From Octopus bimaculoides (taxonomy: Eukaryota), in the NCBI RefSeq assembly GCF_001194135.2, contig NC_068992.1:124615-188614 (forward strand): a stretch of 64,000 nucleotides of DNA, in the 5' to 3' direction. Positions 37,398 to 51,227 of the stretch are shown here, in pieces. Below the pieces are notes generated by a model, which saw nothing but the letters and a program-made list of their open reading frames with translations, searched no databases and was not told the DNA's origin. A program made the translations under genes and the position numbers. Positions within the stretch are counted from its first letter, which is position 1, and every line of letters begins with the position of its first letter.

Positions 37398-38334
37398 ATA
37401 ATAATAATCTTTTCTTCAATAGGGACAAAGCCTGAAGTTTGATAGGGGAGAGGCTAGCTTGATTACATCAACCCCGCAATATTCAATCCGTACTTATTTC
37501 CCCAACCCCGAAAGGATGAAAGATAAAATAATGATAATTGCTAACATTAGAACCTAAGGCTTTAAATTTGTGAGGAGAGGTTATCTGATTAAAACAACCC
37601 AAGTATTGAAGAGTATTAATTTTATTGCCCCCTGGAAGGATGAAAAGCAAAGTCACCACTGGTAAAATCTGAACTCAGAACATAGAAGCAATTAACTAAA
37701 TAGTGTAAGATGTTATAAGGCAATTTCTCCATAGTTCCAACGATTCTGTCATTGATGCCTTTCAACAATAATTTCATTTCATGTAGATGCCAAAGGCTGC
37801 AAATTTTGGCAGAAGTTATAATTGGTTAATTAACCCTTGTGTGTGATTGGTACTTATTTATAAACTCTAATGATATGAAAGCAATGTAAAAGTCATCAGG
37901 TTTGGAAATATGAACAATTAAAGGAATTAATTAAATACAACAAGGCATTTGTTTAACACTATTGATTTTGCTATCTTGCACAGATTAAATATCACAGTGA
38001 GAACATTTAATTAGATTTGTATAAAGATAAAAGTACATAACTTAACTAGTAGCAGAGATTTGTTGTATTGTGCAGCTGTGCTTGTTACTGAAGTGTTAGG
38101 TAGTAACTAGAAAAGGGAAGAGGAAATCAAAGACAGGCAACAAGCAGAAGAACATGAAAACTGGGAAAATATGTAAAGGATATGAAATACATGTGTGAGT
38201 GAAAAGCTTTCCTCAAATATAAGTGTCAAATATATACATGCATTCATATATGCATGTTTACACACACAGAGACACGTTTATAAATTTGTGTTGCAAGATT
38301 CCCGATGTGAAGTCGTGTGTTGAAACAAATGTTG

Positions 38335-39085
38335 TATTTCGGAATGGTCATATTTTTGTTGCCAAATAAACACACACACACACAATATATATTTGTTCTT
38401 CACCTTTTAATTACATTATTTACATTTGACAGATATTTGTTCTCATCGTGTTTGTTGTTAACCCCAAGATTCTGAGTTTGATTCCAGGCAGTGACCTGAA
38501 TAATAATAATAACAATAATAACCTCAAAAAATACCTTAGGAATGTGAACCCATGTTTGAAATTTCCCCAAAGACCCTGATGAAGACTTGAGGGTACATCA
38601 GCCAAAACGTTGTGTTAACAACAAACAAGATGAGGACAAATATCTGTCAAATGTAAATAATGTAGATAGTTCCTCATTTTTTAAGTATAGAACTGTTTAT
38701 TACTGTTCTTATTCTAACTCATGTCTATTGTCTGGGAGTCTTTCGTCATACATCTGTGACCTCCTCAGCGACACTTTCTGTTTTTCTGTACGCTTTTGCT
38801 CTGATTAATCCGTTCTGCTCTTCTAAAAGAAGAGCAGAATGGAATGTTCTTCTAAAGAACAGAATAGAATGTTCTACAAGAACAGAATGGAATAAGCAGA
38901 GCAAGAGCACACATGAAGATGGAAAGTGCCACTGAAGAGGTCACAGATGTGTAATGAGAGATTTCCGGACAATGAACATGAATTACAATAAGGACAGTAA
39001 TAAAAGAATGAAGAATGAATATTTAGTGCATGTGTTTATTTGGCGAAAAGTAAAAAAAATTACTGTCCCGAAATACAAATATATC
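38335..39085. mobile_element. Foldback element (~80% identical arms) interrupted by hammerhead SINE copy 3
   Basis: 38335-38410 plus 38697-38778 are the reverse complement of 38922-39085; central 16-bp hairpin at 38809-38843. Confidence 0.75.
38411..38696 (+). mobile_element. Hammerhead SINE copy 3: 5'-truncated, preceded by inverted copy of its own 3' tail
   Basis: 38411-38462 is the reverse complement of the tail; joins the head at TAAC microhomology; core 38571-38616; imperfect TSD tttaattac/tttattac. Confidence 0.85.
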
Positions 39086-39433
39086 TTTTTGGCTTGAATA
39101 AAACAAATTTTATTCTTTAACATAATGTGTAAACAGTTCTATTCCCATGTATTGACATATATTAGTGTATAAAGATATTAGAAAGAAGATACCAGGTTTG
39201 GAAACTGAACCTAGAACCATCCCATCGGTGGCTGGCAAGATGCATTTCAACCTGATTATGCCTTGTCAGTGCAATGTTTTCACAGCGTAGGACAATATTC
39301 ATCTCCCACCAATATTCGTTGTATTTTTAAAGACAGCATGTATATAAAAAATGTTTTATAATGAAATTCATGCAAAAAGAGGAAGTACTGTAACTATTTA
39401 TGTAAATAAAATATTAAAATAATAACAACTTAC

Positions 39434-39477
39434 CAAATCCAACATTTGACACTCGAAGTCCAGATTTTCCTAGATTT
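39434..39477 (-). CDS. KCNAB2: Kv channel beta subunit (Kv-beta/Hyperkinetic), internal exon 1 of 7 found: (R)NLGKSGLRVSNVGF(G)
   Basis: 44 nt, ttcag acceptor and gtaagt donor; matches the Kv-beta NLGKSGLRVS motif; splices in frame to next exon. Paralog number not resolvable; symbol means KCNAB family. Confidence 0.95.
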
Positions 39478-39574
39478 CTGAAAAGAATAAAAGCGTAGAA
39501 TGTATATTTGGAATGAAAATATGTGTTAATGTTTGTATCAGTGTGTGTGTGCGTGTAAAAGTAGATTTGTAAGC

Positions 39575-39960
39575 TGACACTTTCTTTAGCTCTTGATAAA
39601 ATTCCTCCCCATCATTGTCTTCACTAGCATTGGTGAGAGCATAGGAATGGATGTGAGAGAGCATAGGACTGGGTGGCATTTACTGAGGGTTTAATGTTCT
39701 GAACTCCAATTTGTGAAGAAGAAGGTAATTGGCTGGAAATGATTTTTGAAGCACATTCTTTGCTTTTGAATGAATCCTATACCATCTGTTACTTTCACAC
39801 CTTTTGCTTTTTCCAGTCTCGTGGTACATCCATCTGTCTATCTTACATTTATTTCTTTCCATTGAAAGATCCATTCTAGGAATATAATTGTGAGAACACA
39901 TCCAAAATGAAATAATTCCAGAATGGAGTGGAGTGAACGACATGATCACAGAATACAGAA
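39575..39960 (-). mobile_element. RTE-type APE endonuclease relic
   Basis: HSYALTNASEDNDGEEFYQELK resembles the YAPTN..ED..KEEFYxxL motif; GIGFI motif upstream in another frame. Confidence 0.55.
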
Positions 39961-40088
39961 TGTAAGTTCTGATGGACCAGACATATTTTAAGGTTCACAG
40001 ACAATGAATGAATGCATTCAGTTGCTATCCAAGGGATCAAAAAAGGCCATTCAGAAAGCCTCCATGATGATAGGTAGATGATTTAGTT

Positions 40089-41425
40089 CAGGACCCGGCA
40101 AACCCTGGCCCACCAAGCATTCTAATCTGGCATATGGAGCATTTTTGGCAGGTCCTGAATAACCTTCATTAACATTTATTTTTCAACACCTTTGTTTTTG
40201 GATTTAATTGAAAATAATTGCACAGCATGACTGTGGGAAAAACGTGCATACAGATTCACACTCAATGCATATTGAGTTGTCAGACAGTAGCGCGCCCGCA
40301 CAGGCCCTGATAGTACAAAAGACAAAAATAATTTTTACCGGTAAAAGAAATAAAAACATTGAAAAAAATTTATCAACAATATGATTTTTCCAGACAGGGG
40401 TGGCTGCATGAACAATTACTTGTATATTGATTTAATAATAATGTTAATTTAATATTAATCTAACAATAATGAATTAAATAAAATGAAATGAAGTGTTAAG
40501 AAAAATTTCCATGTTATATTTTTCATGAAAAAATAATTTACTTTTACTGCAGTACAATGGAAGTTGATTATAGTCATGAAGATTTTATCAGCTAGCATGG
40601 TTTTGCCCATTAATCCTCACTATCATCCGGGTTAATTTAAGAAACTGAATTCTAATAAAACATTTCTGTCTATTTTTGTCAAACAATTAGTATTTGTTTT
40701 GTTTTATGTTCCCAGATTTTTGCTGACCAAATTAACACCATGGAAAACAAGAAAAGGAAGATTGATTTTGAACATTGGGCTTTCAACAATTCATGGACAC
40801 TGAACTTCTTCATTGAACATTTTGGCAAATGTGTGTGCTTAATTTGCCGAGAAACAATAGAAGTTAAGAAGGTTCTGAATAAAAAACATAATTACGAGGT
40901 TTGTCATAACAATTACAATAGTTTCCTTGGAGTGGCACGAGAAGATGAGGTAGCAAGGCTGAAAAACAATCTTCTTAAGCAGTCTTCTTTCTTCACTTTT
41001 AAAATTGAAGAAAGTGACAGAAGCAGCCATGCTGGTTATGAAGTTTCAAGACCGATAGTAGAAAGAATAAAGCCATTCAGCAATGGTGAATTCTTCGAGG
41101 AATGTATGATGAAAGTAGTAGAAGTTATATGCCCAGAAAAAAAGGATTTATTTTCTGAAATCAGTTTGTCCTTCAGAACAGTCATGTGAAGAATTGAAGA
41201 AATGGTGGTTGATGTCAGGAGAAGCTTGGGAGGTGTGTTACAAAGTCTTGAATATTTTTCAATTGTTATCAACAACACTACTGATATGACAGATACTTGC
41301 CAACTGGCAGTTTTTGCGAGGGGTGATATTCCACCCTTTAACATTGTGGAAGAATTTGCACATGTCACCTCTTTGCAAGATACAACTACCGGATCAGATT
41401 TATACGATAGCCTCATGTATCTGAA
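40089..41425 (+). pseudogene. hAT transposon (SPIN/GTF2IRD2/EPM2AIP1-like transposase), 3'-truncated
   Basis: 5' end CAGGACCCGGCAAAC; 40740-41425 is one frame with a single TGA at 41187: KKRKIDFEHWAFNNSW..CVCLIC, KPFSNGEFFEECM, ISLSFRTV*RIEEM, DTCQLAVFARG, TTTGSDLY; catalytic LDES-type motif degraded to INNT. Confidence 0.92.
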
Positions 41426-42404
41426 CAGGACACTTTGTCACCTCATCACCAGCGTTTTTATCTTCTTTCCTATCCAGATACTCCAACCAATTTTTATATT
41501 ATGTGAGACAGCCTTCTATAGCAACACATTTGTGTCTATCCCCTGTCATACTTTAGCCTCTCACCATCTGGCATAAAACCACCTCCCCCTCTACTACAGT
41601 CCCATTCAGCTGAGGTGGCTTCTCTTTCCTTTGTCTTGCAAATTACATGGTGACTTCTCTAGTACTTGTATCACGGAAAAAAAACACTCACTAAACTCTA
41701 TAAAGTTGTTGGCATTAGAAAGGGCATCCAACCATAGAAACCATAAGTCTTTTGGCTCACTGGATCCTGTCAACCCATTTGATTCGAACCAGCAAGGAAG
41801 ATGGCAATGATGATGATAATATATACTCAGGAAGATTCAAATATACACAGATATTAACTGGTATGTATTTTATAAACAAAGTAATTTATGGGAAAGAGAA
41901 ATTGAATCTGAGGTCAGGTGGTGTGGTGGAGTGAGAAAAAGTAATAAAGTGACATTGAGAAATGAAGTAGATTGGTCATACCACGTTGTGTCTTGGAGAC
42001 ACCAAACTGCTATTTTCGAAACATGGATTACTTTGAAACTGAGAATTAATGTTTGTAGAAGCCATGTGAAGTGATATCCATTAAAAGACCTGAGTTCCCA
42101 TGGTTTCTTTTGTATTTATTTATGTAGAAATCGTTGAGTAGGCAGTTGCAAAAAGAATGGTTGGTGTATGTTTTCTAGGAAGTTATTAATGGAAAGAAAA
42201 GAAAACTGCATTTTGGGAGATTTGTTTTATTTTTGTTTTTCTGCTTTGTCTCCATGTAATTGATTGAAAAATATCCATGTCATAAGAAAAATTAAGTATC
42301 TTAAAAAAGGTTGTTTGTAAAATGGGTTTGATTGATCTTTGTAACGTGGGTTTGATAGATTATTGTTTATGTGTGGATGGTATTTATCTAAAATGTGAGG
42401 GTGT

Positions 42405-43320
42405 GGGGTGATGGCAGAAATGGTAAAGCATCCAAGAAAATTTCAGGCCATCTTTGTTTAACATAGCAGATAAAATGCTTACTAGCACTTTCTTCTGGCT
42501 CATTATGTTCCAAGTTCAAATTCTGTCAAGGTTGACTTTACCACCTCTCGTGGTCAATAAAATATGTCCCAATTGAGCACTAGGGGTCAATATAATTGAC
42601 TAAACCCTTCCTACAAAATTGGTGACCTTGTGCCTATAGTACTAAGGATTATTATTATCATCATCAACATCATCATTATTATTTTTTTCCACTCTAGGCA
42701 CAAGGCCTGAAATTTGGGGGGGAGGGGGCCCAGTCGATTAGATTGATCCCAGTATACAACTGGTACTTAATTTATCGACCTCAAAAGGATGAAAGGTAAA
42801 GTCGACCTCGGCAGAATTTGAACTCAGAATGTAAAGACAGAGGAAATACCGCTAAGCATTTCATCCACCATGCTAACGATTATGCCAGCTCACTGCCTTA
42901 GCATCATCATTATTATTATCATTATCATCATTATTACAAAGGTGGGGAGCTGGCAGAATCGTTAGCACACCAGGCGAAATGCTTAGCAGCATTTCGTCTG
43001 TCTTTACATTCTGAGTTCAAATTCTGCTGAGGTCAACTTTGCCTTTCATCGTTTTGGGGTTGATAAATCAAGTACCAGTGAAACATAGGGTCGATGTAAT
43101 CAACTAGACCCCTCCCCTCAAATTTCAGGCATTGTGCCTACAGCAGAAAAGATTACTATTATTACTATCATTATTATCATCATTATTATTACCAAGGCAG
43201 TGAGCTGGTAGAATCGTTAGAACATAACGGGCAAAGTGCTTTACAGCATTTCGTCCATCTTTATGTTCTGAGTTCAAATTCCACCAGGGTTGACTTTGAC
43301 TTTCATCCTTTCGGGGGTTG
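42405..43320. mobile_element. Cluster of four family B SINEs in +,-,+,+ orientation
   Basis: About 42405-42645 (+), 42685-42899 (-), 42940-43151 (+), 43195-43320 (+, truncated), separated by (ATC/ATT)n. Confidence 0.85.
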
Positions 43321-46300
43321 ATTTGAAATCATTATTACTACTACTACTTCTACTAGTTTTTTTTTATTCTTCATAGAAGGTTAAAACAGGTTGATATTTA
43401 TTCTCCTCTTTTACTGGCCGAGTTCAACTCTTGTTGACGTTGGCTGTTCTTTTATTCTTTTACTTCTTTCAGTCATTTGACTGCGGCCATGCTGGAGCAC
43501 CGCCTTTAGTCGAGCAAATCGATGCCAGGACTTATTCTTTTTAAGCCGAGTACTTATTCTATCGGTCTCTTATGCTGAACCGCTAAGTTACAGGAATGTA
43601 AACACACAAACATCAGTTGTCAACCGATGTTAGGAGGACAAACACAGACACACAAACATATACACACACATACATATATATACATATACGACAGGCTTCT
43701 TTCACTTTCCGTCTGCCAAATCCAATCACAAGGCTTTGTTGACCCAAGGCTATAGTAGAAGACTTGCCCAAGGTGCTACGCAGTGGGACCGAACCCAGGA
43801 TCATGTGGTTGGTAAGCAGGCTGCTTACCACACTGCCATTATCGTTCTAGAATTTCTAAACGAAATACCAGTCAGACACTATTTCCTGGTTTTCTTCCAA
43901 CTGCTGACAGAAGATGTCTGCAGTTTTCACTTGAAGCCCTGTCTATCATTATATATGAACAACTGTGAAATCTGTATATGAGCTCCTGTTACTACATCCG
44001 AAAAGTTAACATTGAAACTATGGAGGTACTTCAATACCACTTACATGCACACATACCAAACATATGTGTGTGTTCATGTAAAACATAAGCATATACATGT
44101 GTAATGACACACACACACACACACACTCACACACGCATAGACACAACCTATAAAGATACATGCGCAAACATACATTAATAATAAAAAGAGACACAGTAGT
44201 CAGACTGTAGAAAATCTCTAAAAAGACACACACAAGCAAAGTATCTGAGTACACACACACACACACACACACACTCATACATGCACACTCACACTCTCTC
44301 TCTCACACACACACACATATGCTCTCTCTCATATTCACACACACCTACCCACACACTCTCTCTCTTACACACACACTCATGCAAGCAAAGTATCTGAGTA
44401 CACACACGCATGCACAGATGCAGACATATATAGACACTATCACTCTCTCTCTCTCTCACTCTTTCTCTCATACACACACAAACACAAAAATCCAATCTGA
44501 GATTTATTGTAACAATAAATAGTTTTTAATGTTTGTGGCGCCAACCTAACTTGCCACAAGCCATCCTCCTTCTGTCTGCATCCAATCCACCATCTCACCA
44601 TTCCCTATCCAGCAATTCCTGTAAGAATCTTCAGCCAATTTGCCATATGATGACAATTTCATTTTCGTTCTTGTAGAGACAAAATGTCTGAGAGTGTATC
44701 CCTTGGAAGAACCAGATCAACACATTCGATATTTATAATCAAACATCATACATAACGTTTGTTATTCCGTGATTTTCATTTGATTCCATCAATCACCATT
44801 CTTTGCAACATATTGATTTCTATTGACTAGGCTCTAAGCCACTTTTCTATGGATGGAGACAAATTGATTCAACCTTCAACTTATTCGTGCTAGTCATTTG
44901 ATTACCCCTTGAGTGATAGAAGTTAAAGTTGACCCAGCCAGGATTTGAACTCAGTGCAACAAAGGAAAAGGCTAAATAGTGTAAGTTCTTTGTTTGAGAA
45001 AAGATTCCATTCAAAGTGTCGATCTCATCTGGCAAATCAACACATCCCATCTTATTCCATAATCCAAATTTATTCTGGCCTTTGATCATTTCTTTGATAC
45101 AGAACAAGCTGTGCACTATGCCATTTTCACAAGGTTCCTGTTAGCTTTTCTAACTTCTTGTAGTTAAAGAATTCTGTTCCATATTTTTTGGATTCATTTC
45201 ATGGAATCAAAAAATAAGTTTCTAAGCAGTCACACAATTTGCTTCAATTTTGTAGCCAGGTACCTCCCAGGTAAATTCCCAGCTATTTCAAAATTGAGGA
45301 CCCCTCAAGTAAAGGGTCCTCAAAATTGCCATTCGAGCAACCTAATTGTTATGTTTTAATACAGAATTATCAACTTGGATTACATTACTCGAATGCAAGC
45401 CAATAATGGAGTCAACGTGTGAGCAAATACAACGCAGTATATACTCAAAAATGCACGCTGATTAAAAAAAATGCAGAACCTAAAGATCTACGTGCAAAAA
45501 GTATCACACCACTTATGAAACAAACCAATATGCAAATTAGAAGGCAATCAAAAGTTTACTTTAAAAGGATACGAGGTGAACGCATGAAATAAAACTGAGT
45601 CACTAAACTTAGTTTGATACTTAGAACATAGAATTAAATTAGAGTAATTTAACACTAATGTAATCACGTAATCTCTTAGTAGTACTTGTAACAGCAGTAA
45701 GTGGTAGTTTTGTCATCCAGAAGACCAAATATTTTCTGTATTTACTGTGTTTCATACCAAAAATATTCAACAAGTTTCTTTCTTTTTTCCTTTTTTTGCT
45801 TATTTTCCTTCTCTTATATCATTCATCCTTTTTTTTTTATCCATCTCCATTCTTGTTCGCTCCTGTTATCTTTCAGCTGTCAATTTCCTAACTTCTCTCT
45901 TTAATTCTCTGATGCACTCTAACACAGTTAGTATTGGCAAAACAAGACATAAATTGAAGCTTTAGGAATATCAAAACCTAACTCACAATATTTGAATTTT
46001 TTACCCACCAAACCTTTCTTCATATTTCATTTTTGGAAGTTATTTCCATTTTTAAGCTTCATTCTACTTAGTAACATCCACTTCTACTTCTGCTGTTGTT
46101 GATAATTATAAAGAATTAGCCTCCCTGAAGTAAAACTAAAACAAAGAATATTTTGTAAAATAACGATTATTGAATATTCCAGAATAATTTCCTGCTTTTG
46201 CAATGCTTTACAGAATTATTCAATTATTCTGAATAAACAGATTAATTTTTCTTCATGCTTCTCAGAGAATTGTTTTCTTTTTAATGAATTATTTGATTAA

Positions 46301-49300
46301 GATGTAATCTAGAAAGGTGAAATAAACCCCCTCTTTTCCTTCAACTCATTGATGTATTCAATTTGGGCAAGAACTAACATGCAATCTTACCATTTGTACT
46401 GGGCCAGCTTAAAAATGAAGGGAGGTGAAGAATCAAGTAACTGTACCAATGATGCAATGATTTATAAGTGAAGAATGAAGAGATCATAATGGTTATTAGT
46501 AGATCTCTTCAATAAAATATTTAAACAAATGTTTCTTAAACCAATGTCAATGCAAATATCCAGAGGTCAAATTATTTGAAAATCTGCTAATTCAGACAAA
46601 GTGATATTGAGAGTCAGAGAGCTATACATACATACACACATACATACACACACACACACACCACATACATACGTATATCCAGCCATCCTTATACATAGGG
46701 TGAAACAGGTAAATTGGGGCAACTGATACTTAATCTGTCGACCCTGAAAGAATGACAGGTGTAGTCGAGCTCGGCGGAATTTAAACTGAGAACGTAAAGA
46801 CAGACGAAATGCCGCTAAGCATTGCGTCCGGTTTCTACCAGCTTGCTGCCTGCTGACTTGAAGATATTGCAACATTTCGCTGAGGAGATGAGAAACAACT
46901 ACACTGATTTGGCAATGTCCAGTACTGCAGATGGCCCATGGTGAAATGTACTTACTCTAACTGGGGGACAGTGGTAGAGTATAAAGGCTGCAATATTTGT
47001 ACCCTATCAAGCCCACATTTGTTATCCTATCAGTTTCCATTCTTGACCCCATCACTCCCATCAAGCTATTGCTCATCTCCTTCCCAGCATATCTCCTTAT
47101 TGCTCGTAGCTTCATAGCTGTCTTCTTTTAATCTTACATCCAATGGTGCTGGAAATATGTGAAAGTAAAGAGAAATAGCAAAGAGCTCAAAAGAAGAAGG
47201 TAAAGAGGAGAGAGAAGAGAGAAAATATCTATAGTATTAAGATGATTGATGATACTTATAAATATATATCTATCTCTCTGTCCATCTATCTATCTTTCTA
47301 TCTATACATATATATTTATAAAACTGATTATATAAGTATGATGTAAAGATACTAGAAAGGAGAAAACGATTTGAAAGCCGAAATAGAATAAGAAAAGAAA
47401 GCAGTTTTTAGCAAAGGTGCAGAAACCCTTGGAATCTATTGAGATTATCAGAATGTAGTTCATGCCTGTTTGTCTGCTATTTTCATTGTTTGAAGATGAT
47501 AAATTAATGCATGAGAATGATGTGTTAAGAAACGATGGCAAATCTATCTCTGAAGCAATCAAAATGATGGCATTACCCCATGATGATGTCCGATAACTGT
47601 CATCTTAACTTGATAAGACTTTGTTGTCCACTAAGCTGAAGGGTATCTATATTACTTTAATAAGCTGATTAATATGTATCTAAGGCACGTGCACAAAAAT
47701 ACTCACATGCACATTTACACACACACACACACACACACAAAGTAAAAAATACACAGGTATATACATATATATACTTATAGATACATATTAGTACCTACCT
47801 ACTTATCTCTCTCTCTCTCTCATACACACACACAGGCTTGTGGCTCAGTGGTTAGGGTGTTGCACTCATGGCTGTAAGATTATGATTTCAATTCTTGGGC
47901 CAGGAGATGAAGTGTGTGTATGTGAGAGAGAGAGAGAGTGTGCATGTGTTCTGTGAGAGAGAAAGAGTGTGTGTGTGTGAGTGTATGTGTGTGTGTGTGT
48001 GTGTACATGCCTAAAATATCCTGTGTATTTCTGGTAGAGTTTGTTTATCAGTCAGGGTAAGCAACATTTGACAAGAACAGGAACGAAGAATTATCAGCTA
48101 ACTTCTAACTTTTTTGTGAATCCAAACAATACAAAGACAGATGCCAAACCAGCTCATCGATGTTGTTGCTGTTGTTGTTCCTGTAAGAAAAGTTGTTATT
48201 ATCTTTGTTAAGACATCTTCATTATCATCGCCCATCCAACCAGCTGCTAATGCCACTGACATTCATCAAGGCATTCAAGAGGATTTTACTTACTCATCTA
48301 TTCTGTTAGTTTCTTCTTGAAGGCTCAAGTAAATGGAAGAATTCTTTGAAACAATTTCTTTTGTTCGAAACAAGAGATTTCTCTACATTGTGAAGAAAAG
48401 ACTATATGAGGAATGTCTATAAAGCATGTGATAGTTACAAACTTGGTACCAGTTCAAATATGCTTGAGGCCTATTTGAATCTGTAACAAAGCTGCTCACT
48501 GTATTTTGTCATGGAGAAAATTTCTTGCTGTAGACAAATGGGTGTAAACACACTGAGTCAGCTCACAGCGCCCCCTATCCCCCTATCCAGACCATGAGAT
48601 GCATGCATTTTGAAGTGGTTATCTTCTCTTCAGCAACAGAGACAAGAAACGCAGAGCTGACACAAGATATATGACAGCCGTCCTAGACAGGTTCTTCACA
48701 TCCGTCTAAAGAAAACCAAGTCTCCAAACTATCAAGGAGTTGACTTGCCATCGTGTAGCAATGGTATTAGCAAACCACATTTGGGTTTGTGTTGTGGAGG
48801 GACGAGGAGGAGCAGGTTCTGAGGAGGGTGTTTGAGTATGAGGTAAATAGACCACAAAAGCGAGGCAGACATGAAAATATGGAGGGGACAGGTGGAGGAG
48901 GAGGTTGGGAAGGTTGACTTGAAAAGGGGAGACACCCAAAACCGGGCAAGAGGGCGAGATAGTGTGAGGGTGGTTGCTATAACATTGAGGTAGATCTAGC
49001 CACTCCTGTTAATGGACAAAACCCAGATTTAAAACATTGGATGATGATTGTCTTCAACACTTGAAGAAAGTAAATGACCATTGCAGCCATTAACTAGAAA
49101 GCTTTTACTCATCTTCACTATATCCACAAGTTTATCATTTAAAATAAAATGGCTACTTTTTGTCCATCACACAAACTACAAACTTTCAGCCCTCACAAAA
49201 TGCAGCAGAGCCTTTTGGTTTCTTAGCAAGAGTACTTTGAGAAACTTTGTAGAATCCTGCCATCTACACTCATCAACTAAACTGGAGCTTTTTTTAGCAA

Positions 49301-49641
49301 TATTAATGGTATTAGAAGATGATGATGATGATGGTGATGACGATGATGGTAATGATGATGATGGTGATGATATACATATGTAACTATTTATAGATGAATT
49401 CTGTTAAAAAAAAAACACTATATTTCAGAATTAAGTGAAATAAAATCACCCTGGAAGCAACTGAGAGAGAGAGAGAGAGCTGTGTCCCCAGTCAGTGCTG
49501 CTGGGAATACTGGTTAACAGAGTACATATGGAAGTGGGGAGTTCATATATTATATAGACTGAGAGAAAGAGACAGAGGAAACAATAGAAAGAGAGAGAAA
49601 CAAAGAAAAAGGGTGAGAGGGTGAGAGAGAGAATGATTTAA

Positions 49642-49861
49642 ATCTCTTGATACCAATTTACCTGAGATCAGCCCCGGGTTCTGTAGTAAAAACTTCCTAC
49701 TTAAAGAGATCTAAATTAAAACTGTCCATTAAAATTTCATGTTAATTTATGTTCCAAACATCAGCCTAATTATGACAAAAGTTATTTTATTTAATTCTTT
49801 GTTACTTTCAAAATTATTTTAAACAAAAACAGTGTATTTCAAGAGAAATATAAGAAAATGG
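49642..49861. mobile_element. Decayed piggyBac-like MITE
   Basis: TTAA on both sides, weak terminal repeats. Confidence 0.3.
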
Positions 49862-50846
49862 TTAATATTTTACTGAGATTCAAATTTCATTTAGTAAAAA
49901 AGATAAAAGGAACAAGGTTTCATCCATTATGTCAGATTTGATATTTAAAGTAACAACTGGGTTTATAAATGATGGTAAAATTCACTGGAAATATTTAGTT
50001 GAAATAATAAGAAGGAAACAAATGTGAAAATGAATTCTGAGCTTGAGTCATAAGAGATAGATTTTCTTATTACAATATATGGATACAAGTATGACTGGTT
50101 TGTCAGAACAGGTGCTTTTTAGGCAGTAAAACTCATCCAGAGTGCTGTACTTGTGTTGTACAGTGTTGTACTTGTAGTCATATATTGTATGAATATACAC
50201 ACACACACTTACACACATACACACACACATACATACACATACATACACATGCATACACACACATGTCTATTATGCTCATTATCGTTGCTTCAACATATTT
50301 TTCCAGAGTCAGACAAGATGTATGTATACAGAAATATACATGATATACCACCATCATCATCATCATTCTTTAATCTCCTCTGTTTTTCATGCTGGCATGG
50401 GTGGGTTCGTTTGACCAGAGCTGACAAGCAGGAGAGCTGTACCAGGTTCCAGTCTGATTTGGCATGTTTTCTACAGCTTGATGCCCTTCCTAATGCCAAT
50501 TACTCTATGGTGTGTGCCAGATGCTTTTAATATATCACTGACATGAGCACTTTTATGTGGCACCAGCACAGGGCTCTTGCAACCGAGCCCTTTTCATTAG
50601 TAGGGAGTGGCATTAACACTTCTGCTGTGGAGGACGGGTCTTTTTGATGAGTGAAACCCAAAGGAGTAATAAAGGCCATACTTGAAAGATCAAGTTGATG
50701 ACAGTAAGGGGATCTGGCTGTAATATACTGCTGTAGTAAAGCTTATTTGACTCATGCCAGTATGAGAAAAAAAACACTAAACAAATAAACAAAAACGGTG
50801 ATGATGATGATATTTTTATTTCCCTTGTTTAAATTCCATTGAACTT

Positions 50847-51119
50847 ACATAATTTACATTTGACAGATATTTGTCCTCATCTTGTTTGTTAACCCTCCAG
50901 CCTTCATCAGGTGTCTTGGGGGAAATTTCGAACCTGGATTCTCATTCCTAAGCTATTTTTCGTGTTGTTGTTATTATTATTATTCAGGTCACTGCCTGGA
51001 ATCGAACTTGGAATCTTGGGGTTAGTAGCCTGTGCTCTTAACCACTACACCGTATGCCTGTAGTGGCTAAGATCGCAGGCTACTAACCCCAAGATTCTGA
51101 GTTCGATTCCAGGTAGTGA

Positions 51120-51157
<38 letters not shown>

Positions 51158-51172
51158 NNNNNNNNNNAGTGA

Positions 51173-51227
<55 letters not shown>

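Noticed and set aside
45294-45323. 10-bp perfect hairpin TTGAGGACCC/GGGTCCTCAA (Helitron-end-like)
   Set aside because: No CTRR terminus at the expected distance; isolated.
48098-48262. Minus-strand ORF MSVALAAG.., a possible Kv-beta first exon
   Set aside because: No good donor in a compatible phase and no recognisable homology.
48554-48580. AP-1 site next to a CTCF-like CAGCGCCCCCTA
   Set aside because: Only a partial CTCF match; single motifs are expected by chance.
51114-51185. Duplicated AGTGACCTGAAT(AAT)n within SINE copy 5
   Set aside because: Repeats on either side of a 10-N gap; most likely an unmerged contig overlap.
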